A stretch of 64,000 bases of DNA, taken from contig OZ024745.1 in the NCBI GenBank assembly GCA_964016885.1, positions 95,542,001 through 95,606,000 on the forward strand, given 5' to 3'. Shown piece after piece: positions 13,338 to 25,195 of the stretch. The notes under the pieces were generated by a model. The model had not been told where the DNA came from, searched no databases, and was given only the letters and a program-made list of their open reading frames with translations. This stretch comes from Eledone cirrhosa (Eukaryota). Positions within the stretch are counted from its first letter, which is position 1, and each line of letters begins with the position of its first letter. A program made the translations under genes and the position numbers.

Positions 13338-14095
13338 CTACTTTTGGCACAAGGCCTACAATTACCCCAGTGCATTACTGGTACTTTATTTTATCGACCC
13401 CGTAAGGATGAAAGGCAAAGTTAACCTCGGCGGAATTTGAACTCAGAATGGCCGTAACTCTATGCATCAAAGCATGGCGTATGACCCTCTACCATTACTG
13501 CCAATCTAGTATAGGCACAAGGCCAGTAATTTTGGGGAGGGGAAAGTCGATTAAATCGACCCCAGTACGTTACTGGTGCTTTATTTTATCGACCCCGTAA
13601 GGATGAAAGGCAAAGTTAACCTCGGCGGAATTTGAACTCATACTGTAAAAGACCGTAACTCTATGCTGCAAAGCATGGTGTCCGACCCTCTACCGATATT
13701 GCCAATCCACGGTAATAATTGTTTCTACGTTAGGCACAAGGCCAGCAAATACCCAGTGCATTACTGGTACTTTATTTTATCGACCCCGTAAGGATGAAAG
13801 GCAAAGTTAACCTCGCCGGGATTTGAACTCAGAATGGCAAGGGCCGTAACTCTATGCGTCAAAGCATGGTGTCCGACCCTCTACCAATACTGCCAATCCA
13901 CGGTAATAATTGTTTCTACTTTAGGCACAAGACCAGCAATTACCCAGTGCATTACTGGTACTTTATTTTATCGACCCCGTAAGGATGAAAGGCAAAGTTA
14001 ACCTCGGCGGGATTTGAACTCAGAATGGCAAGGGCCGTAACTCTATGCTGCAAAGCATGGTGTCCGACCCTCTACCAATACTGCCAATCCACGGT
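13338..14095 (-). mobile_element. Head-to-tail array of four SINE family A copies
   Basis: Units at about 13338-13507, 13512-13712, 13716-13902 and 13906-14093. Confidence 0.9.
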
Positions 14096-14529
14096 AATAA
14101 TAAAGGTTGATTGTTGTTATGCTGGGAGGGTTGAGGTATGGTTTTGAAGGATGTGATTGATTTTTCTCTGTCTTATGCAGTTTATGGTGAGTGGTGTTGA
14201 AGGTTTATGGATTAAATTTGCATGATAACATTTGTTTTCATTCAGGTTATTCCTTTAGCATTTAGTGTTTAGGGTGTTTCGCTCACAATCGTAAGGTTAT
14301 GAGTTTGATTTCTGGCGATACATTGTGTTCTTGAGCATGACGCTTTATTTCACATTGCTCCAGTCTACCTTCCATAGAAACCACCTTGGGGATGATTGGC
14401 TCTTCACAGGAGTGGGCCAAGGGGAAATAAGTAATGGGAGATGACACACAGGGAATAAATGACTCATATGGAATAAAAGACTCATATGGAATAAAAGAAA
14501 ATTAAAAGAAAGGCATTCTATAGTGAAAA

Positions 14530-14560
14530 TTGCCCAGCAACAATGGGCTACTCTGCTAGT
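14530..14560 (+). mobile_element. Possible Helitron 3' terminus
   Basis: GC hairpin gccca-gcaacaa-tgggc, 7-nt spacer, then CTAG|T. Confidence 0.45.
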
Positions 14561-15499
14561 ATATATACATATATACATGTATATATATCATAGTACAACA
14601 TTTTCGTAAAATTTAATAAAACTATAGGTGTTTTGGGGATACACAACAAATTATAGACTATTATTGAAGAAACAAAATAAATATTTATAGAATCTATAAA
14701 CAATTATAATGTCATGGCGCCAAGTATCACATTAACACACAAACACTACTGAAATATTCACATTTTTCACACAGTTATTGAAGCATGCAATTGAGAACAC
14801 TATGGAAGGGAATTAATTCTTACACTTTATAAACCTCTTACCACCACAAACATGCCTTGGGCCTACATAACAGTCATTTTACATTATATAGGTTTTCATT
14901 TATATATGCAAAGCTCCAAATAGCCAGAGGCCATCTAGACATCAAAAAGATAGTAGACCACAACTTGAAGCAGGTGATAGGACTATCAGGTGTGATTGGA
15001 AGTTGAGTGGACAGATAAATAAATGAATCTTAAAAGAAACAGCTTCAAATAGAAATTATATCTAATTTAAAAAGAAAATATTATTTTCAATGAGCTAAAT
15101 TCAAAGAACTTGGCTATAGTGGGAAGTAAGTTTAAGTGTCCACACTTGCTATCTACTCTTATTCAAGAAATGAAACTGGATATCACATTGAAACCAGATC
15201 CATTACAACTACTTCCAATGTATTTATTTTAGATCTGCTACTTAAAAGAAACAGTAGAGTGTCACACTAAATACCTTATATCCAACCAGTGGCATAATGT
15301 ATAGTATGCAGACTGCACAGGACGGCCACCATTTTGTTGATGGAGTTAGAGAAATTTTGACCAAGGCTAGCATTACAGTATGGTACAAAATACTTGGAGA
15401 TAAAACCATTTCTTCTGGCAGCATGTTCTTTTTGTGCATTGTTTTTATGATTTTCTTTTTAATACTTTTTAAATCTTTACTTCTATCCACAAATGAGGC

Positions 15500-17700
15500 A
15501 AATGTGAGCTAAAGAAAGTGAAGCTGCATATCAGAGGAAAAAGAAAGAGGATGAACTACTGAAACAGGATGAAGGATTATTTAAAGTGAAAATCAAAATA
15601 AACAGTGAATTCCATCACAAACTGCCGAAAGTAAAATGTTCGTGAATGTGAAGGATGTTAATAAAATTGATAACAAACTTCAGCTTACTCAAAGTAGAAA
15701 TACAGTCCACCATAATCCTGAAAGTCACAGTACCCATGACTATGATGCAGAAAAAAGATAATAACAAAAATAATTCAAATCTTCACAATCTACTTCAGAT
15801 GACAAATATAAAGATGAACCTGTTTATAACAACATAATCAAATGTGACAAAATTAAACCTCAGCATGGGGACTTAACATATTTAGGATTATGGTTAGAAA
15901 TTATTAAAGGTTATACATGTATGATCTTAATAAAACAAGGTAGCTCAATTGATCAACTCGAGAATCTGAATAATGATTTCTCAGAAGTTACTGTGATAAA
16001 GAATTATGGCATTGTAGTTAAAAAATATGAAGAAGAAATATCAGAGATGTCTTGTGACTGCTTTTGTTTTCAAATTTTATGGAATGGAGACAAAATGCCT
16101 AGGATGTGGATGATTTATTCTCCTCAGAATTCATTGTACTGCTTTTGTTATTAGTTATTTTCCTAAGGGAGAAAATCAGGTTTCACTTTTTATAATGGGT
16201 GGAATAGTTATTGGAGATTAAATTCTAAAAGTCAAAGAGTATGAATCAAGTCAAGTTTATTGCTTAGTGTTCACACTTTAGAAAGAACTGGAAGTCAGAA
16301 TTTGTTCTAAGTGAAATGACAAATAAGAAAGAAGAGACAATTATCAAAGAGAATATAAGAAAAAGGAGGGACATTCTTATACGATTAACAGATATTATCA
16401 GATTACATTGAATGAAGTGATAAAAAAGGGGTAACATTTTTGAGCTAGAGAAATTTCTTTCAAAATATGACCTTGTCTTGAAAGGATACATCCTTTGAAC
16501 CAAATTGAATGAGAAGATAACTGCACCCTGTCCATTGCCTCAGATTCAAAATGAATTTATTACTATTCTTGGAGAAAATGTGAGAAAGAAAATAGTTAAT
16601 GAAGCAAAACAAGCTAAATATTTTGCAATGATCTTTGATAGCAAATCTGATTTATATCATGGAATAGACTAGTTAAATGTTTTACTGTTTAAATTGAAGG
16701 TTCTAATGTGAATGTGGTGGAATAATTCATTGGATTCACAGATACAAAATGAAAGATGGCAGAGTTTATTTGAAATAGGATTTTAGAGAAACCTATTGAG
16801 CAGGAAAGTGATATAAATTGTAGCGGTCAAGTTTATGACAATGGAGTTGTTATGGGTGGTAAACACAATGGGTTCAGAAGCACATAAACAAGGTTAATCT
16901 AAGTCAAATTCGTTCCATGTTCAATCCATTCTCTTAACCCTTTAGCATTACTCTATATTTACTATTATATTTCCATGGTAAAGGCTTTATTTCACAAAAT
17001 TATCTCATATAATATCGAATTTATGAGATTTTGATACTATTTATTTTGAGAATACCTTAACATCAGTATAAGGGACCAGTTTTGGCTGCTTTGAACAGAA
17101 AGAGGTGAGAGAATTCTGGCCAGATATGGCTGCTTTAAATACTAAAGGGTTAATTTAGCAGATGTTCATAGAGGTGATGTTACTTCAAATTTAGTTTCAT
17201 TTTGTTGAACAATTGCATAGTTTCTTTTCGCCTTCCACTCATAGATGGAATGTGCTAATAAAAGTCACAAGTCATGGTGTTAAGATAGTGACTGAAACAA
17301 GATGGAGTTTAGGACAATCAGTAGGTGTTGTGCAAAAGATCATTTACGAAATTATTGATATATATGAGCAGCTTATTGGAGTAAAGAAGAACATAGTGAC
17401 ATGGTCATTTTGAGTTCAATATAGAAATTTACTTTTTATGTTTTCTGAGCTCCTGGGTGGCAATTCTTTAGGAAATCAATGATACAAAGAGTATATGCAA
17501 ACTTCAAACCAGCTGTGTAGCCAGCTGTAAGCAGAGTGTTTCTAAATTGAAATTAATAAAAAATTATTTATGTTCAATTATAGACTCATTAGCCTGGTGA
17601 TTATTTCTATTGAAAGAGAATATACTAAACCATCAGATATTGACGAGATCATAAAACAATTTACAATTCAAAACATTAGACATAGACACTAAATAAATGG
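15500..17700 (+). pseudogene. Decayed hAT-superfamily transposase (TTF-type zinc finger/DUF4371, ZMYM1-like)
   Basis: RMWMIYS..SLYCFCY (~16110); PQIQNEFITILGENVRKKIVNEAKQAKYFAMIFD (~16535-16640); CSGQVYDNG (~16818); FVPCSIHSLN|L (split by a MITE); FFSPSTHRW..ETRWS; RLISLVIISIERE..DEIIKQF (dimerisation region, ~17580). The 5' boundary is approximate. Confidence 0.85.
16935..17153 (-). mobile_element. piggyBac-like MITE (family 1) inserted in the hAT transposase
   Basis: ttaaccctttagcatt...aaatactaaagggttaa; the body is the reverse complement of 18837-19060. Confidence 0.85.
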
Positions 17701-18210
17701 TTTTGTCCAACTATATTCCTATGCGTTGGGATGAGTATAAAAGTAGAGTTAAATAACATAAATATCTAACATGTATGACTAAGGTTTTCTTTTCTATAGA
17801 AACAGAATTCTATAAAAATGCTAAAGGATTAAGGCTCAATTTGGTAAGAAGAGATATAATTCTTTCTCCTACTTCTGTTTACTTGTCTCAAATCTATTCT
17901 TTCAGACATTAAGACTTATGCGTTGTTAATATATAAAATATGCTCTATCAAGGTATTTATAATTTGGTTCCATACACACCTTTACATCACATATAAACAT
18001 GCATACATCCCTTTAACTTGCTTTCTCTGAAATTGATATTATACAGATGTTAGTATTTTTCTCTCATGTTAATCTTATATAGGATAAATATAAAATTTGA
18101 TACCAATTCATGCAGTTTTTCTTGTTATTGATGAACCATATATACATGTCCCAAGACTCTGATACCATCAACACTATAAACACAGAGCTGGCATATCTAA
18201 GAACTGACTA

Positions 18211-18266
18211 ACTGCCTGATGAGGTCATAGCCATTCAATGGCTATCATCGAAATATATATAGCAGT
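18211..18266 (+). ncRNA. Type I minimal hammerhead ribozyme motif (Penelope pLTR type)
   Basis: ACUGC-CUGAUGA-stem II (auagccau/auggcuau)-GAAA-palindromic AUAUAUAU-A-GCAGU, followed immediately by AATAAA. Core intact. Confidence 0.75.
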
Positions 18267-18308
18267 AAATAAAGGATTATGAGTTTATGCAATTGACTTA
18301 TGTTTTCG

Positions 18309-18362
<54 letters not shown>

Positions 18363-18421
18363 TATATATATATATTAGGTATATCCCTAATTCACTACAT
18401 GCTTTTGGTCATATTTTTGTT

Positions 18422-18638
18422 TAACCCTTTAGTATTTAAACTGGCCATATCTGGCCAGAATTCTCTTACCTCTTTCTCTTCAAACCGGCTGTAACCTGCC
18501 GCTCATACTGATGTAAAGGTGTTTCTCAAAATGAATAACATCAAAATCTCATAGATTCGATATCATGTGAGATAATTATGCGAGACAAAGCCTTTACCAT
18601 GAAAATACAATAACGTAATGTAAATGCTAAAGGGTTAA
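18422..18638 (+). mobile_element. piggyBac-like MITE (family 1)
   Basis: Same TIRs, TTAA and body. Confidence 0.85.
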
Positions 18639-18836
18639 GGTGTTTTTCAGATTTTTATTATTTTCAAATTTTTATCCATTTCAGACTTATTGTTTTCTAT
18701 GTTTTAATGATATTTTTTCTTACTGTCTATCTTTACAGGTTTCAATTTTAATCATCATTACACTTTTCTTCAATAAATTGATAAAATGTAACTCCCTTAT
18801 ATATGTGTTTTTGATATAGATGAAGTTATGTTGATT

Positions 18837-19060
18837 TTAACCCTTTAGCATTTAAACCAGCTGTATCTGGCCAGAATTCTCTCACCTCTTTCTGTTCAAA
18901 CCAGCCATAACTGGCTGCTGATATTGACGTTAAGGTATTGTTCTCAAAATAAATAAAATCTTGTCTTGTAGATTCGATATTATGTGAGATAATTACATAA
19001 GATAATTTACCACAAAAATACAATAGTATATATAGAGTAATGTAAATGCTAAAGGGTTAA
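18837..19060 (+). mobile_element. piggyBac-like MITE (family 1)
   Basis: TTAA|CCCTTTAGCATTTA ... TAAATGCTAAAGGG|TTAA: terminal inverted repeats with a TTAA target; ~215 bp and non-coding. Confidence 0.85.
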
Positions 19061-19924
19061 GGAAGTAGGTGGCCAATTAGGCTACCACACAGAGTGACCA
19101 AAGCTCATGTTATGGCACAAAGTCCATGTATGTTACATGTTCAAATCCTACTGAAGTTGAGATTACCCTCTATTTCACCATAATCAATGAAATAAGTACC
19201 AGTAATACAATGGATTCTATTCAAGTAGTTTTATTTTTTCTCCACAAGAATTGGCCTTGAGCATTGTTAAAAGTAATCAATAGTGTATTAATTTAGAAAC
19301 CTATATAAAAGGACAAGATCTGTTAATACCAATACATGTATTCAACTATTGTCTTCCATACAATTACCAGATTGTCAACATTATTTCATTTTTGATAAAA
19401 TCATCTTGACTTGCAGGATTATGCAGTTCATACAGGAAAGTAGATTGAAAATATTTTAAGCTGGAATCATTCCCTTGTGCTAACAATACAATAATGGAGA
19501 AGAGAAAGGGGTGGAGCACAAAGTCAGAGCATTAATAGAGGTGCATATAAAGGATATTAAAAATAAACATAAGGATAAAAATGTGTAAAAGTGCAAATAA
19601 ATATTCTTTACTTTATATTAAATGCTAGAATAAACTACAAGTTATTGTTATTTTTTAAAACCTTATGTTGTTTTTATCTGTTTTTATTTAAGTTTTAATC
19701 AATATCTCTCATTGTATCCATGTTAATTGTATTTGTAAAGATATGGAAATATGGAGAAGAATAAACCAATGAAATTGCAGTGCAAGTAAAAACATAAATG
19801 ACTGAGAGAACCATTGACTGGTCCATTGTACTGCTTTAGAATGAAACCAGTGAGGTTATTGTTCAAGAATCCATGTGATAAAAAAATAATAATCAAGTCA
19901 AAGATATGTATCTAATAATATAGT

Positions 19925-20150
19925 TCAGCCCACACTGTAAAGTGGTCATGTAGGTGCTACAATAAAAGCCACCAAGTACACACTGTAAATGTGGTTGACA
20001 TTAGAAAGGGCATCCAGCCATAGAAACCAAGCCAAAATCAGTTCTGTATGAGCAAGACATCGTCATCTGACCTGGCCTATCTCACAACGAGACAACTCGT
20101 CAAACCAATGCTAGCATGGAAAAATGGATGTTAAGCGGTGATGATGATGA
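19925..20150 (+). mobile_element. RTE family B 3'-end fragment
   Basis: cactgtaaagtgg units, gggcatccagcc, atgctagcatggaaaa and (gat)n. Confidence 0.72.
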
Positions 20151-20214
20151 TTACAAAACATATGTATAAACATGTAACAAAATAATGAACAAAACATCTA
20201 AGAGATTTTGTTTG

Positions 20215-20500
20215 TCATCATCATAATCACCCTAACCACCGTTTTACATCTATTTTCCATGTTAGCATGGGTTAGACAGATTGTCACATATTGAGACTGG
20301 ACAAGTCAGATGACCATGCCATGTTCATATATTTCATTTTAGCATAATTTCTGCAGCTGGATGTTATTCTTGATATTAACACTTTACAACATGTATTGGG
20401 TGTATTTTATCATGGTAGTAGCATTACCATCGTGTAGGGTGCACTGAATGCTTTTCACTTTGGTATCAACATTACTACATTATAGGATGGACTGAGTGCT
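20215..20500 (-). mobile_element. RTE family B 3'-end fragment, tail-to-tail with the preceding copy
   Basis: (cat)n, ttttccatgttagcatgggtt and gctggatg. Confidence 0.68.
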
Positions 20501-21436
20501 TTTCATTGTGTGATCTGTATTTATGCATTTTTATAGTGGGAAGATATGGTGTCTAAGCTTTAAAGACAAGATGTGTTCCACAAAGAATGAATGTAATGAA
20601 TATAATAGCAATATAATTTTTTTAATAAGGGTAAAAGAGTTATTTCATTGCAGAATCTCTTAGCAGAAGTTTTACTGCGAAATTTAGAACAAAGTAACCG
20701 AAAGCTGTTTGTATGGTTTCATAGTACAAAATGAACTTTACTTTAAACTTGCAGTTAATCCTACTTTTCCACTCTTAATGTTTATGATTGTGCAAAGCTG
20801 AAATTTAGAATCACACTCAAAGGTAATAAATAAATGTGTTCTGTGTGCTTAGAAGACTTCTAATATAGGTTCAGTACTTTCATTAGAACTAATGAAGATA
20901 AAGCAATTATAATTACAATGTTAGCCAAAGTAGTTTAGATGCACAGGTGATTTTGTGAATTGTGACTCAAGACGAATTCCTACATTCTCTATATTAAGAC
21001 TATTTTAAATATATTTCTGTATAGACTTGGCTAATTAATACCAATATTGATTAGAACTTGATTCAGATTGAAACTTCTGGTTTTAGCACTCAGGGATTAT
21101 ATGTTATTTATTTACTGTTTGTTTGTTTGTTTGTTGTTGTTGTTTAAACCTAGCTCAAATCTGCTTTGACTTATGTATATAGAAAACTATATTATCCAAC
21201 ATGTCTTCTTTTGATATGTGGGAGATTTAGTAACTTTTAATATCAGGTCAAGTAATGGTCAATAGACTTGCTCTTTCTTTTTATATTTCTTTTACATTAA
21301 TAAACTCTATTTACTAAGTGTCAAATACTCTTCAAATACTCTTCCTGTTAAAGTAAGCTCTCAATATCCTTGTTATAATTAACTGAAAGAAAGCCTGTAG
21401 TTTTCAGTAAGAACATTTACTCTTTCATTATTATAT

Positions 21437-21625
21437 GACGGTGGATTGGCAGTATCGGTAGAGGGTCGGACGCCATGCTTTCCAGCATAGTTACGTCCCT
21501 TTATGATCTGAGTTCAAATCCCGCCGAGGTTGACTTTGCCTTTCATCCTTACGGGGTCGATAAAATAAAGTACCAGTAATGCACTGGGTAATTGCTGGCC
21601 TTGTGCCTAAAGTAGAAACAATTAT
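21437..21625 (+). mobile_element. SINE family A
   Basis: Full-length match to 4732-4920. Confidence 0.88.
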
Positions 21626-21859
21626 TATATTATTAATAAAAGAAACTATCTATGATTCTCAAATAATTTTGAAAATCAAGAATTTGGAGGGATTTATTAA
21701 GTTGGTGTTTGGAACATAAAACTATAATGGAATGTTTCTATTGAAAAGAAACAGCTTAATATCATAAAACCAGGAGTGATTTCAGGTGATTTGATATCAG
21801 AAGGTGGTTTAGATGAAGGGTTTACAGGGGATAGGCAAGCTATTACGAAGATACAATCA

Positions 21860-22905
21860 GTAAGCTGAGAGTTACCAATAAGTTTAGAGAGAATTTTAGT
21901 ATGCAGGTATGCATCTATCAGGGTGCAGTTCTCAGCTATCTGCAGGTAATATGGTTTACCATGTTATAGCAGTTATGGAAGAGAAGCTATTCATGGGAAC
22001 TTCTGTACACTAATGACCTAGTTATCATACACAAATTTATCAAAGAATTAAAGAAATTCCAAGCATAGAAGAAGTCTAGAATGAAGAGGTCTTAATGTAA
22101 ACCTAAGAAAAACAATGTTTTAGATAGCAAGAACAACATGGGACTCTACTGCTATCTGAGTAGTAATTATGTTCAATATGTAGAGAAGGAATTGGTTGGA
22201 ATTGTATATTGTGTACCCAATGCAAACATTAGGTGCAGTAGCATCACAAAGGAGTTGATGGAGAACTTTGTATGTAGCAGATGCACAGAATTAGTTAGCA
22301 GTAAGAGCACCCACTGAAAAAAATAAATTCTTTCAAATGCCTAGAAGGCTTGCTAGAAGTAGTTAACAGCTTCTGTTATCTAATCTGCACTGGATGTGGG
22401 TGTTCTAAAAGTATAGTAACCAGAGTAAGACTTAAATTTAAATTTAAAAAAAAGTATTCAGTGACATATTACATCTGTTAGTAACGAAGGCATTTTCTCT
22501 TCGTGTGAAGGGTAGAATGTTATTACACATGTGTGTGAAATGCAATAGTTTATAGGAGCAAAACATCAGTACTGAATGTGAAATATGTTTGAAAGCTGGA
22601 AATAAAAATAAGTTAAGCATTCTCTTTAATGTTACAATTGACAGTGCACAAATCAGCCATAGTAAACAAGAGAGAAGACTGTGATGCATATGAAAGATGA
22701 CATGACAGTTGGGTAAAGAAGTGGCAAGTAATATGCAAAGAACCTGTAAGAGAGTAAGGCATGAAGAAATAGGGAAGGTTGATCTCAGAATGCTGAACCT
22801 GACAAAGAAGATTATGATGGATTGGTACAAATGGCAATATACTGGGTTGAGAACACCTCTCCAACCCATGCAAGTATGGAAAAGTAGATATATGATGATT
22901 ATGAT
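21860..22905 (+). mobile_element. Old, degenerate RTE LINE
   Basis: Relics of HQGSVLS, WELLYADDL (atgggaacttctgtacactaatgaccta), the zinc-finger region and the 3' tail ccaacccatgcaagtatggaaaa. Confidence 0.75.
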
Positions 22906-23049
22906 AAAATATTTGAGATAATGATATATATTGACATGCAGCTGTGTATGTATAAATTACATGATTAATATATATGAATACTAATGACTGACTGACATCC
23001 GTCCATCTACGAGAGACAATGGGGTAGCATCTAGAGACTGGGGTAAAGG

Positions 23050-23373
23050 GTAAATGAATGACCTTGAGATTTGCACCTAGAAATTCCCCTCCGAGGCACA
23101 AGTCCGAGTAAGGTTGTTTGTGGAAGACCGTCGGTCACCTACATGTACCAGTCTCTCCTCTCCATGCCACTGATGATGTCCAAGGGAAAGGCAAATGGCT
23201 GACACAGCTTGGCACCAGTGATGTCACAACTCATTTCTACAGATGAGTAAACTGGAGCAACGTGAAATAAAGTGTCTTGCTCAGGAACACAACGTAAAGC
23301 TCAGTCTGAGAATCGAACTTACAACCTCGCAATTGTAAGCCCATCACTTTAACCACTAAGCCATGTGCCTTCA
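23050..23373 (-). mobile_element. SINE related to family B (same head and central domain, different 3' part)
   Basis: aaccactaagccatgtgcc head and tggagcaacgtgaaataaagtgtcttgctc core. The 3' part (gatttgcacctagaaa) recurs at ~35520-35630. Confidence 0.75.
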
Positions 23374-23994
23374 CTATCCAGAGACTATTGATAACATAAA
23401 TCAATGAATAATTCTATGATTTTCAACTTCTCACAGACATAATACAAATATTTTTGCTTCATAAGTTAGATTCTTATTTTTATCCTAACACCATTTAAAA
23501 TAATCATAAATACTACAAAATTAGAGTGAAAATAATTTTGTATTTCAATATGCTTTCAACATGAAAATTACATTCAGGTAATCATTATGAATTCATGAAG
23601 AAACACTCTCTCTTTATCATGTTCTATTTTATCCAATATTTTATATTTTATAAAATATTTTGATGAGATTAAATTTTACTGGTTCTAAATAAGATAAGCA
23701 TATTGAAATGAGAGTAAATCAAGTAAATAAAGGGTTAATAATTTATAGAATCTTCCTGGAAAATATGTTTGATTTTCAATAGACTTGTGCATCTACCAAT
23801 AAATAGTTACCATGCAGAAGTAAGGTTTGTTATTGTTGGAAGCAAGTATAATGCATAACTGGTGAGATCTTTGGTACGTTGCAGAGCTTGGTGACTATTA
23901 TTTCCTAAAATATACAATGAGTATGTTTCAACTAATTATGAAAATAATCAATTTGGTGGGATTTAGTGATATAATTAACTTTTCTATTATTAAA

Positions 23995-24200
23995 GTGGTG
24001 GTGGAGTAACAGTATTGGTAGAGCATCAGACACCGTGCTTCACGACACAAAGTTATGGCCCTTTGTGTTCTGAGTTCAAATCCTGCCGAGATTAGCTTTA
24101 CATTTCGTCCTTACAGGGGTCAATAAAATAAAGTACTAGTCATGCACTGGGGTTGATTTAATTGACTTCCCCTTCCCCAATAATTGCTAGCCTTGTGCCA
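23995..24200 (+). mobile_element. SINE family A, long variant
   Basis: B box gagttcaaatcc, core and cttccccttcccc segment. Confidence 0.78.
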
Positions 24201-24580
24201 GCAATTTATGTTCTAAATTGGTATTTAGAACATAATGTAACAAAATGTTTTATAAATATATAATTATCATTGAAGGTTATAATTTCGATATGAAAACTTT
24301 AGGGCAGGTTGTTTTGCATCAGAACTTAAAGGCAATCGTGAATGAGTTGACATCAAAAGGATTAAAGACCATTATTTGTGCTATTGATGATATAGTGAAT
24401 TAAATGAAATATGACCTGAATTTAAAATCTGAAATACAGGTCATCATCATCATCATCCTCATCGTTTTTACATTGATTTTCCATGATAGCAGAGGTTGGG
24501 TGTGTTATCACGGCCAGCCTGGTTTCAAACCATCACAATATGTCTAACCTATGTTAGCATGGAAAACAGACGTAAAAACC

Positions 24581-24669
<89 letters not shown>

Positions 24670-24681
24670 GGTGGTGATGAT
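24581..24681 (+). repeat. (GAT)n/(GGT)n microsatellite expanded from a retroelement tail
   Basis: Read directly; follows ...catggaaaacagacgtaaaaacc. Confidence 0.95.
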
Positions 24682-24804
24682 GAATTACAAGTTTGATGTG
24701 TGTTTAAAAATTTCAGTATAAATGTACATGAAATTACAAAGTAAAACAATTCTAGAGGAAGTTATGTTTGACTCTTTGAATCTAATTAATAACTCTAGAC
24801 CTAA

Positions 24805-25195
24805 TCATCATCATCATCATTTTATGTCCACTTTTCCCTGCTTGCAAGGATGGGTCAAGTCCCCTTCAGTACAGCATCTCTCCATCTGTCATGGTCCTTC
24901 GTCATCTCTTCTGTGAGCTTCAGCGATCTGAAGTCAGCTCTCACCACCTCCGCCCATGTTTTTTGTGGTCTTCCTCTACTGTGTCTTCCTTCCACTGGGA
25001 TTTCTTGGCACTTCTTCACCCAGCAGTTATCTTCCAAGTGCATCACATGGTTATACCATCACAGTCTTCTCTCCTGCACACTACAGTTTATTCCTGTTAT
25101 GTACAGTTTCTCTCTCAACTCGTCCATGCTTGGACGTTCACGTACATTGACATTGCACATCCATTGGAGCATGCTTGTTTCATTTCTCTCCAAGC
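24805..25195 (-). mobile_element. RTE LINE family A 3' fragment
   Basis: WVKKCQEIPVEGRHSRGRPQKTW...DAVLK plus the family-A 3' terminus and (GAT)n tail. Confidence 0.88.

Noticed and set aside
24496-24749. Poly-Asp/poly-Ser ORFs
   Set aside because: (GAT)n retroelement tail expansion.
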